Source of the DNA: Methanothrix sp.
GTDB taxonomy: Archaea; Halobacteriota; Methanosarcinia; Methanotrichales; Methanotrichaceae
NCBI GenBank assembly: GCA_963682135.1
Contig: OY821645.1
Span: forward strand, 2,979,342 to 3,043,341
DNA: 64,000 nt
Direction: 5' to 3'
The notes under the pieces are model-generated. The model had not been told where the DNA came from. It was given only the letters and a program-made list of their open reading frames with translations, and made no database searches. The translations under genes and the position numbers were made by a program. Shown piece after piece: positions 11,660-24,191 of the stretch (its first letter is position 1; the number at the start of each line of letters is the position of its first letter).

Positions 11660-12379
11660 ATGGTGGCGACCGAAATTCCAATGCAAGTAAAATTTCATCA
11701 GATATTGGCCCTTACGTTTCCTGGCTTCTTTTCCGCGGTAACATTTTTCATGTTGATTGATCTATGGAGTCCATTAAATCTTACATCTTATGTATTTGGT
11801 GAGACTTCAAGAATTATCGCATTTATTGGATTGGTATTTGTTATAGGAACTATGTTTGGCATCATAAATGATGGGATTAACCATTTGATTATTGAAGGTG
11901 TTTTCTTCGATAGATCTCAGAAAATAATTAAAATAAAGGCTTGCATTAGACATGCTGTTAAAGATTATTACCTAAATATTTTGCATAAACGTTTGACTTG
12001 TGCAAATGAAATAATGAGTTGTGAAACATGTGCTCATAATAATAATTGCAATTTGAATGAATTGATTCTAAACGACTACTATATATTCAGCAAAGATATT
12101 ACTAAATATATCTCTATTGATGCGCATCTCAATGAAGAATATTATTGCTATTGTAGCTTTTATTCTAACTCATTTATTTCATTGGTATTTTTCGCTGTAG
12201 TATCGCCGAGTTATTTTCATGGATCCTTTGGCATCGGATGGGGACAGGCTTTGCTATTATGCGCCATCACGCTGATTTTGTCTGGATTAGGCCTCTATAG
12301 CAGTTTTAATACATATATCTACTATTATCGGGCATTATACTCAATAATTAGGGGATATGTCGATACGCAAGACATTTAG
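11660..12379 (+). CDS. AT-rich hypothetical multi-pass membrane protein
   Basis: 239-aa ORF, GAGGG RBS, about 4 hydrophobic helices, Cys-rich loop; visibly more AT-rich than flanks. Confidence 0.7.
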   Translation: MVATEIPMQVKFHQILALTFPGFFSAVTFFMLIDLWSPLNLTSYVFGETSRIIAFIGLVFVIGTMFGIINDGINHLIIEGVFFDRSQKIIKIKACIRHAVKDYYLNILHKRLTCANEIMSCETCAHNNNCNLNELILNDYYIFSKDITKYISIDAHLNEEYYCYCSFYSNSFISLVFFAVVSPSYFHGSFGIGWGQALLLCAITLILSGLGLYSSFNTYIYYYRALYSIIRGYVDTQDI

Positions 12380-12685
12380 CTGGATGCTCGCGAAATCAAG
12401 TGTTTCCAAGAGATCAGCACAGTATTTGTCGCTAGTGATCGATCGACGTATCTGCCTATAGCTTGGGGTATTATGGGCGTGGCGAGATAGCTCTTGCAAG
12501 CTCTGCAAATTTGACCAATTGCTTTTGCTCTATCTAAATCTAACAGAACTTGAGCGTAACTGTTTTGTGGAGCGATATGTGCGATCTTCCTTGATGATTG
12601 CATATCGGTAGCGGCTGAGATTCTACTGGCGGGTACTATTGTGGTGGTTTTCCCTCCTAATTGCATCCCTCTTTTATCCGCCATC

Positions 12686-12967
12686 TATAAATACGGGTCA
12701 TCCATTAGGGAAGAGGCCGATGCGATGGGCTCGCAGGATCCGCTTCGTTCTCCAGATGCAAACCTGGGGATCAGATGGGGCGAAATCCTTAAGTACGAGT
12801 TTCGATCACAATGGCTGCCGAAAAGAGTTCATGTTTTCGTGTCTCCTTCGCGACTTCTCCTCATGGTCAAGTCCAAGTGACTCGAAAGCTATAAATAGTA
12901 CGAACTCCTTTTGTGCTGGTCCAATAATCGACGCTAAAGAGGTCTGCTGAAAGGCAACCTTTAAATA
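12686..12967 (+). promoter_or_regulatory. Tandem rRNA operon promoters (four TATA boxes)
   Basis: TATAAATA 12686, TTAAGTA 12789, TATAAATA 12890, TTTAAATA 12960; the last three follow purine-rich BRE-like sequence (CGAAA/AAAGG). Confidence 0.65.
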
Positions 12968-13176
12968 GTAGTGATGCGTACAGAATTGGGCCGATGAGGC
13001 GTCGCACCTGAAAATCCAGATCCAGCATTAAATGGCTGAACCTGCTTCGAAGCTGCGATTAAAACAAATGGAGACGCGAGTTTTTTCGTGTCTGACATTG
13101 GTCTTGGCGACTCAGCCAATTCCGACTGGTTTCGGAATAACATGATTGAGTTTTAAAACTTCCTAGAAGGATATGA

Positions 13177-14647
<1,471 letters not shown>

Positions 14648-14773
14648 AACGTTATTGGGTATGCGAAACTGCATACCCGTCCCCTTAACCAGTTGGAAGC
14701 TGAAAATGTCGACCGAGACCAAACAAGAGAAATTAGCCAGCTATTCTGATTATTAGCTGGGCAATGATAACCC

Positions 14774-14846
14774 GGGCTTGTAGCTCAGCTGGTAGAGCGC
14801 CGCCTTTGCAAGGCGGAGGCCCTGGGTTCGAATCCCAGCAAGTCCA
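14774..14846 (+). tRNA. tRNA-Ala(UGC) in 16S-23S spacer
   Basis: GGGCTTG…CAAGTCC acceptor stem, anticodon arm CCGCC-TTTGCAA-GGCGG, T-loop TTCGAAT. Confidence 0.97.
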
Positions 14847-14974
14847 AATTCATATGCACACATTGAGGCAGACTCGATGTGGAAGGGCAGAGGTCCGTTC
14901 ATTGACGGGACGGTCCTGTGAAGCCGTGCACAAGCTTTGCGACCAGACGCTCACTGAGTTTAGTGGGGCATAAG

Positions 14975-17868
<2,894 letters not shown>

Positions 17869-17917
17869 CCGCTAAACTCGGGCGAAATCTGGTCGCAAAG
17901 CATAAATTGTGCATTAC

Positions 17918-17975
17918 TCCACGGTAAGCTTCCAACGGGGAAGCAATTACTGCCGGTTCGAATCCGGACCATGGA
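17918..17975 (+). ncRNA. Mini-tRNA-like processing element immediately 5' of 5S rRNA
   Basis: TCCACGGT/ACCATGGA acceptor-like stem, GCTTCC/GGAAGC hairpin, T-arm CCGG-TTCGAAT-CCGG. Confidence 0.7.
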
Positions 17976-17978
17976 TTC

Positions 17979-18105
17979 GAGCATAGCGGCCAGAGCGACA
18001 GGGAGACTCCTGAACCCATTCCGAACTCAGAAGATAAGCCTGCCCACGTTCTGCACTGTACTCAGATGCGCGAGCTCTCGGGAAATGCAGATCGCTGCTA
18101 TGCTC
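17979..18105 (+). rRNA. rrf: 5S rRNA
   Basis: Terminal helix GAGCATAGC/GCTATGCTC, conserved CCCATTCCGAAC…GAAGATAAGC. Confidence 0.96.
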
Positions 18106-18226
18106 ACCTAAACCTATTTTCGCAAAGCTTGATTAAATTAATTGGATTGATATTACTACTATTTAGCCGTGCTGCTATATGCTTCACGTTTACAATTTCA
18201 TGGATAAAGGCAACCTTGCCACATCC

Positions 18227-21200
18227 TTATCCCGTATGTGCGCCTTCCTTACCTGATTCCTTCTTAAGTCGTGCGAGACTATTTTGAACGATGCCCACGC
18301 TGTATTCATCCTTGAATTCTTTGAGGATCGCTAGCGCCTTCTGGTAGTAATCCTCGGCTTCGTCCCATTTTCGCTGCTCTTCGGCCACCCTGCCCAGTTG
18401 ATGGTAGGTGCTGGCCTGGCTGTAGCGGTCGTTGAATTCTATCTTGATTCTCAGAGCCTTCTGGTAGTAATCCTCGGCCTCGTCCCATTTTCGCTGCTCT
18501 TCGGCCACATTGCCCAGTTGGTGGTAGGTGCTGGCCTGGCTGTAGCGGTCGTTGAATTCTATCTTGATTCTCAGAGCCTTCTGGTAGTAATCCTCGGCCT
18601 CATCCCATTTTCGCTGCTCCTGGGCCACCCTGCCCAGTTGGTGGTAGGTGCTGGCCTGGCTGTAGCGGTCGTTGAATTCTATCTCGATTCTCAGAGCCTT
18701 CTGGTAGTAATCCTCGGCTTCGTCCCATTTTCGCTGCTCCTGGGCAACCATGCCCAGTTGGTGGTAGACGCGAGCCTTATCGTAATTAGCGTTTAATTCA
18801 AAACATATTTTCAGAGCCTTCTGGTAGTAATCCTCGGCCTTGTCCCATTTTCGCTGCTCCTGGGCCACACTGCCCAGTTGGTGGTAGGTGCCAGCCTGCC
18901 CGTAGCGGTCGTTGAATTCGATATAGATTTTCAGAGCCTTCTGGTAGTAATCCTCGGCCTCGTCCCATTTTCGCTGCTCCTCGGCCACCCTGCCCAGTTG
19001 GTGGTAGGTGCCAGCCTGCTCGTAGCGGTCGTTGAATTCGATAAAGATTTTCAGAGCCTTCTGGTAGTAATCCTCGGCATCGTTCCATTTTCGCTGCGCT
19101 TGGGCAACCATGCCCAGTTGGTGGTAGACGCCCGCACATATTTTCTCTTGTTTCTCATCTATAATGTCTGAGTCATCATGCAGGAAATTGAGAATATCTT
19201 GATATAATTTCTGGGAGCTGGTATAATCTTTGAGCATTAGATGTCTCAATGCAGCATTATCCATAATAGCGATAAATTCGAGTCTAAGACTATCATTCTT
19301 GGCAAGACCCGAATATCCCTTAATCTTCTCGATAACCTTTTGGCCCATCTTAAGGCCGAGCGAATGGTTCTGATGAATGTCATAGTATTGGGATAGAGCC
19401 GTGTAGATGGATAAAACAGGAGCCTTGGCCTTGAGAGCCATATCCAGAGCCATGGACAGATTCTCAAACTCCAGCTCCATTAATATCTGTCCCGTTTTTT
19501 TCTCTTTGGGATCATTCGATCTGTTGAGATGGCCAATGTTTTGAGCTATAAGATTGTAGAGTTTATAGAAGGCGATTTCCACGGAAGCCTTGAATTGTGC
19601 ATCTTCTCTGTTCAGGCGGGTGGAAAGAAAATAGGGAAACGTAGGCTGCAACCTCAAAAATCCTTGAATCTCGTGCATAGTGGCCAGACCCCAGCGCCCG
19701 ACCTGGCCCAAGACATCCTGCCAGCGATCAAAGGGAAGCGCTGAGAGAGTGGGCTGCTCCTTTAGAAAACTGGTGTACTCACCCAGAGTGTATGCGGGTA
19801 GAATGCTCGTAAAAGGAGCGAGGCAGAGTAGCAGCCTCTGATCCTCGGCTGAGAGATTGCTGTGGGAATAGTCGATGCATTTCAATATGCTCTTGGTCTT
19901 ATCCTGAGTATCCTTCTGATCCAGCCCTTCTTTTCCCAGCCGCAGAGTCTCCATAACCTGGGCCGGGGTTTGAGACCGCAGATTGGAGAGGACCACCTGG
20001 ATAGCCAGAGGATAGCCACTCAGGATCTTCATCAGCCGGGAAAGCTCATCGCTTCGCATATATTCCTCTCTGATATCTGGATCGGAAATATTTCTCTCCA
20101 GGACTCTCTGGGCCAGATCCGAGGCTGCCTCGGGGTCCAGGCCCTCCAGCTCATAAAGATCGCTGGAGTGCAGCGGCCCGTCATGACCGTCCATCAGCCA
20201 GTCCTCGCCTCCTCTGGTTCCAAATAGTACCAGGCTCCTGCCTCCTGCCAGCTCCTTCAAAAAACTGCAAAGCTCCTGGCGCTCTTCTTCCGAGAGCGTA
20301 TTCTTGATGGCCAGGCCTTCGCCCGTAACCGACTCAAGATTGTCCAGAATCAGGAGGTGCCTCTGCTTCTGGCTCTGCAGGCCGGAAGCAACTTTTTGAA
20401 TCTGAGCAGCTATTGGCATGGCCTGAAAGCTCAGTAGCTCAAAGCTCGGCCTTCCCGATGCTTCAACCTTCGGCCCGTAGAGCTTCTGGGCAAGGGTCTG
20501 CAAGATCTCCTCTAACTTCCAGGCTTTCTCATCATAGCCGAAATAGGAGACTTCGCCCGCCAGTCCGGTGGTCTGCCACCATCGAGCCAGATGCCTGAGC
20601 AAAGCGGTCTTGCCTGATCCTCCCATGCCTTTGATAAGCAGAAGATTTCGTTCTGATCCCTCCCTTGGCAAGAGCAGCTTTCTCTCGATTCTCAATACAT
20701 CAAGGTCTCTGCCTACGAAACCATAGACCGTTTCCGCCTCTCTGCAAACATTAGCTCTCTGGCAATTGAAGTCATACTCCTCCTGAGGTGTAAAGGAGCG
20801 ACGGTCTAAGGGATTCTCGCCCATTATTCCTTGCTGATAAACAACAGGCAGCATCCAGTCCTCCAGGTCGATGCTCTGATTATAGTGAGCCCTGCGGCCT
20901 TTATCGGCAGATAGGGCGAATCTGGCCTTTTGCAGGGCAGAGTTTAGGTCATTTCCTTCCATGATCCGCTGGTAGAGGGCGGACATCATGATCCGGGCAG
21001 CACTGACGGTAACTGAATAGCTCATGCCCAGAGCAACCTTCACTCCAGCCTGGAGGAGCTGGCTAGCCATGACTGTCTCTACGCCCCCTACCTGTTTGCC
21101 GGATTGGCATGCATTGATAATAGCCACTGGTATGGAATAATGCTGGAATATCCTGTCTGCCAGCTCCTGAGCAGAAGTGGGTTCTGGAAGCTCCTTCTTC

Positions 21201-22000
21201 TCCGACTCGAAGAAGATGAAGGCTCTATGGCCGGGGAACTCAGAGATGTCCACTCGCCCCCAGCGGGCCTGGAAGAGGAGTCTGTCTGCTTCGCGCGCTT
21301 TCTGGAGGTCTTGATAGGTCAGGACGGCGCCATGCAGATCGAAATGAAGGACATGATAATAGCCAGGGCCTTTACGATCCAGGTGCTCTGCCAGGGCCCT
21401 GAATGTTCCTGGCCGGACCAGGTCGATGCTGACCGGGATTCCTGATTTTTGCATTGATTCCACGAGTGGTCGGGAGATGGTTCGATAACTGATATCTTCT
21501 CCTTCCTTTGGCCTGGAAGTGATCAGCAGGATGTTGAGGGTCGGTGATGGTTTTGTACTGGCGGCAAATGATGAAGCCTTAAATGTTCTCCTGATCATGG
21601 CCGATCGAACGGAGAATGGATCGGAAAGTTTTGGATCTTTGAGGGCCTCCCAATGAAGGCTATGAATATTTTCCGGTGAGCCTATGATCTCAAAGGCCAG
21701 ATGTTGCAAGCCGGATTGCGTTGCCTGTTTGTAGCTGGTGTAGAGATCAATGTCGGAAAAGAGCTGTGCAAAAAGAGCTTCGCCATAATCCTGGATACTT
21801 TTTGCGGCCTGCAAAGCTCTCTTCTGGCCGGTAAACGGAAATCTTAGATGCTCCTCGAAGTACCATACCAGTTCCTTTTCTTGAGCATCGCTGAATGGAC
21901 TCTTTACTGCGGTTTTGAATTCGCCCCGGCCATCTATGCTCAGGACAACGTTGGGCTCATCATTTAAAGCCGCAATCTCGCGAATGGTTATCAAGGGCAT
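18227..22000 (-). CDS. CHAT (caspase-like) protease - STAND/NB-ARC NTPase - TPR protein
   Basis: CHAT dyad HFDLHG and INACQSG; FVGRD, Walker A GMGGSGKT, Walker B LLILDNLE, GYPLAI; seven 40-aa TPRs; ATG 22000 with GGAG RBS overlapping upstream stop. Confidence 0.9.
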   Translation of the reverse strand: MPLITIREIAALNDEPNVVLSIDGRGEFKTAVKSPFSDAQEKELVWYFEEHLRFPFTGQKRALQAAKSIQDYGEALFAQLFSDIDLYTSYKQATQSGLQHLAFEIIGSPENIHSLHWEALKDPKLSDPFSVRSAMIRRTFKASSFAASTKPSPTLNILLITSRPKEGEDISYRTISRPLVESMQKSGIPVSIDLVRPGTFRALAEHLDRKGPGYYHVLHFDLHGAVLTYQDLQKAREADRLLFQARWGRVDISEFPGHRAFIFFESEKKELPEPTSAQELADRIFQHYSIPVAIINACQSGKQVGGVETVMASQLLQAGVKVALGMSYSVTVSAARIMMSALYQRIMEGNDLNSALQKARFALSADKGRRAHYNQSIDLEDWMLPVVYQQGIMGENPLDRRSFTPQEEYDFNCQRANVCREAETVYGFVGRDLDVLRIERKLLLPREGSERNLLLIKGMGGSGKTALLRHLARWWQTTGLAGEVSYFGYDEKAWKLEEILQTLAQKLYGPKVEASGRPSFELLSFQAMPIAAQIQKVASGLQSQKQRHLLILDNLESVTGEGLAIKNTLSEEERQELCSFLKELAGGRSLVLFGTRGGEDWLMDGHDGPLHSSDLYELEGLDPEAASDLAQRVLERNISDPDIREEYMRSDELSRLMKILSGYPLAIQVVLSNLRSQTPAQVMETLRLGKEGLDQKDTQDKTKSILKCIDYSHSNLSAEDQRLLLCLAPFTSILPAYTLGEYTSFLKEQPTLSALPFDRWQDVLGQVGRWGLATMHEIQGFLRLQPTFPYFLSTRLNREDAQFKASVEIAFYKLYNLIAQNIGHLNRSNDPKEKKTGQILMELEFENLSMALDMALKAKAPVLSIYTALSQYYDIHQNHSLGLKMGQKVIEKIKGYSGLAKNDSLRLEFIAIMDNAALRHLMLKDYTSSQKLYQDILNFLHDDSDIIDEKQEKICAGVYHQLGMVAQAQRKWNDAEDYYQKALKIFIEFNDRYEQAGTYHQLGRVAEEQRKWDEAEDYYQKALKIYIEFNDRYGQAGTYHQLGSVAQEQRKWDKAEDYYQKALKICFELNANYDKARVYHQLGMVAQEQRKWDEAEDYYQKALRIEIEFNDRYSQASTYHQLGRVAQEQRKWDEAEDYYQKALRIKIEFNDRYSQASTYHQLGNVAEEQRKWDEAEDYYQKALRIKIEFNDRYSQASTYHQLGRVAEEQRKWDEAEDYYQKALAILKEFKDEYSVGIVQNSLARLKKESGKEGAHTG
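18311..19135. repeat. Seven-unit 120-bp intragenic tandem repeat encoding TPRs
   Basis: GCCTTCTGGTAGTAATCCTCGGC recurs at 18336, 18456, 18576, 18696, 18816, 18936, 19056. Confidence 0.97.
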
Positions 22001-22007
22001 CGAAATT

Positions 22008-22340
22008 CTACTCCTGATCAGGAGTGACAACTATTATTTGCCCTTCATAATTATTAATTATATTGATTGAGATATTGCCTGGTTTTTCAGGGGCTTGCTT
22101 CTCGAAAATCGATTTTATTTTATCTTTGATTAAATCCTTTATGAGATCGAGAGCTATAGCTCCAGCCACTGTCTGGAGGAGTATGAGCGCTTGATCCGGC
22201 GACATGCTAAAGGCATCTTTAGAGTATTTGATCTCTTCAGCCTTGCCTGCGTAAAGAGATTTGGGATCCGAATTCCACATAGCAACGAAGTCATGCGAAT
22301 TGATATTCAGATCTGGTGAAAGCGCTATCTTATATTCCAT
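22008..22340 (-). CDS. Small hypothetical protein coupled to the CHAT-STAND-TPR gene
   Basis: 110 aa; central hydrophobic/amphipathic helix ALILLQTVAGAIALDLIKDLIK; stop 7 nt before next ATG. Confidence 0.8.
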   Translation of the reverse strand: MEYKIALSPDLNINSHDFVAMWNSDPKSLYAGKAEEIKYSKDAFSMSPDQALILLQTVAGAIALDLIKDLIKDKIKSIFEKQAPEKPGNISINIINNYEGQIIVVTPDQE

Positions 22341-22438
22341 GAATAATCAGCTCAACAGACGATGCGGAGAAAAAAACTTAAGGTTATCGCTCAAGCTCTT
22401 TGATATTTCCATTTGGTTTTGGAGGACGAAACTCGGTT

Positions 22439-22571
22439 CTATTTCTTTAATGCGGCAATGAATTCTTTTCTCTCCAGCTTAGCCTGCTTCATAATCGAGA
22501 TCAATGTGCCTTTCGCCAGCTCTCGGTGATTCGGCACGGTAACGACAAGATTTCTTTCTTCATAGTAGAGT
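22439..22571 (-). pseudogene. hicA: 3' remnant of a HicA-family toxin gene
   Basis: Manual translation YYEERNLVVTVPNHRELAKGTLISIMKQAKLERKEFIAALKK*; matches HicA VPxH…GTL..I C-terminus; 5' half absent. Confidence 0.7.
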
Positions 22572-22666
22572 AATTAGGTATCCATTCAGACTCTAAACGC
22601 CCATGATCCTTAAGGCTCATACGTGGCGGATGAAAAACCTCTCATGCTTTGTTAGCTATGTTTAGT

Positions 22667-22814
22667 CTGATATGGGCAGTGAAGGCAGTCACCCTTTTCG
22701 GACTATGATCCACTTCCCTAAACTAGCCAATAATCCCGCGAATACGGGGCTGCGTCATCGAACGCGTATGGGAAATTGCCCCTCTGTGAGGGATTTACCA
22801 TCTGCCCATATCAG
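22667..22814 (+). ncRNA. Candidate bridge RNA in IS110 left end
   Basis: Perfect 13-bp closing stem CTGATATGGGCAG/CTGCCCATATCAG, internal hairpins, ATGGGAAA identical to the element's right end. Confidence 0.55.
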
Positions 22815-22828
22815 GATTGGGAACATAT

Positions 22829-24085
22829 ATGGGCAAACGAAAGAATAGAGTTTGCGGAGCCGATGTCCATAAAGATATCATAGTTGCCACGATCCAAGAC
22901 TCTGATGATACCGAATTCCAGGAAAAGTTTGGCACTATCTCGATAGAGCTAGGGAGATTCAGGGACTGGCTCATCGCCCACAATTGCGAGCAGGTAGCCT
23001 TCGAAGCTACTGGAGTTTACTGGTTTCCCGTCTACGATGCTCTAAGTCCTTCTATTGATACCATTGTAGCGAATCCCTGGATGATAAAAGGTATCCCTAG
23101 GAATAAATCAGATACTCTTGACTCCAAGTGGATTGCAGGTAACTGCTTAGATGGCAAAATTAAGAGGTCACGAGTTCTGCCCAAAAATGGTAGAGACCTG
23201 AGGACTTTGACCCGTGCCAGATCGGCATATACCAAGACTCGAACACAGCTAAGGAATAGAATTCACAAGTATCTGGCGCTTTGCGGGATTACGCTGAGTT
23301 CTTACATCTCAGATATCTTCGGGAAATCCGGCAGACATATCTTAGATGGCCTAATAGAATCTGAGGATATAGATACGATCATGGACGGCATACCTTCTGG
23401 AAAAGTCAAGAAAAAGCGAGAGCCTATCAAAGCATCTCTTGGAAATGGTCTTGATGACGTTTCAAGAATGCTTATCAAGGATACTCTCGAACTCCTGGAT
23501 CATCTGGATGAGAAGGTAAATGATACAAGCCTGGAAATACTTGGTAGACTTCAGGAAAGAGCCAGAGACCTGGCAATAGTCATGTCAGTTCCTGGAATTG
23601 GATTCGTATCTGCTTCGATTATTCTGGCAGAGATAGGAGACTATCATGATTTCCAAAAGTCTGAACAACTAGTAAAATGGTGTGGACTGGCTCCAGGACT
23701 AAACGAATCTGCGGGAAAGAAGAGCCCTTGCGGTATCACTAAACAGGGATCCAAGCATCTCAGAACTATACTTGTGGAGATTGCTCAAGTTGTGGCTAAA
23801 ATGAGCAAGAACAATCTTTCAAGTTTTTTCCATAGATTGAGGGCTAGAAAGAATTACAATGTAGCAATTACTGCTTTGGCCAGAAAATTAATCAGCATAA
23901 TTTTCCATCTGTTGATTAACCAAGAGCTATATCAAGAAGACAACTGCACTACGGTTAAAACAAAACCCATCAAGAAGGATCTCCTCCGCCTATCCAAAGA
24001 AGAGCAATTTAAGGATGGTGTAGCTGCAATCGTAGATGCCTTTTATTACTTCAAGAAAAAATCTTCGTTAGAAGGGGGTGGATAG
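22829..24085 (+). CDS. IS110 DEDD transposase/recombinase
   Basis: GADVHKD, FEATGVYW, KSDTLDS, SVPGIG, GLAPGLNESAGK. Confidence 0.95.
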   Translation: MGKRKNRVCGADVHKDIIVATIQDSDDTEFQEKFGTISIELGRFRDWLIAHNCEQVAFEATGVYWFPVYDALSPSIDTIVANPWMIKGIPRNKSDTLDSKWIAGNCLDGKIKRSRVLPKNGRDLRTLTRARSAYTKTRTQLRNRIHKYLALCGITLSSYISDIFGKSGRHILDGLIESEDIDTIMDGIPSGKVKKKREPIKASLGNGLDDVSRMLIKDTLELLDHLDEKVNDTSLEILGRLQERARDLAIVMSVPGIGFVSASIILAEIGDYHDFQKSEQLVKWCGLAPGLNESAGKKSPCGITKQGSKHLRTILVEIAQVVAKMSKNNLSSFFHRLRARKNYNVAITALARKLISIIFHLLINQELYQEDNCTTVKTKPIKKDLLRLSKEEQFKDGVAAIVDAFYYFKKKSSLEGGG

Positions 24086-24191
24086 AACCCCACAAATCCC
24101 TCAATTGGAGAAGGGTTTTTCATGGGAAAGGGATGGGGAATTCGTGACCCTCCGCACTCCCGTTGTATCAATTGCCGGGGATTGTGCGCCC

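Larger units (their letters stand above)
22572..24129 (+). mobile_element. IS110-family insertion sequence (ends inferred)
   Basis: Transposase plus about 250-nt structured left end; 10-bp inverted match ATGAAAAACC (22630)/GGTTTTTCAT (24114); no target duplication seen. Confidence 0.75.

Noticed and set aside
12376-13143. Short ORFs upstream of 16S
   Set aside because: Overlap the rrn promoters and leader; no recognisable protein features
17918-17975. Calling this a functional tRNA-Cys
   Set aside because: Only 58 nt with no D-arm or anticodon arm; kept as a tRNA-like element instead
18311-19135. Possible CRISPR array or DGR template/variable repeat
   Set aside because: Contiguous in-frame 120-bp coding units without spacers; no reverse transcriptase or cas genes; differences not adenine-specific
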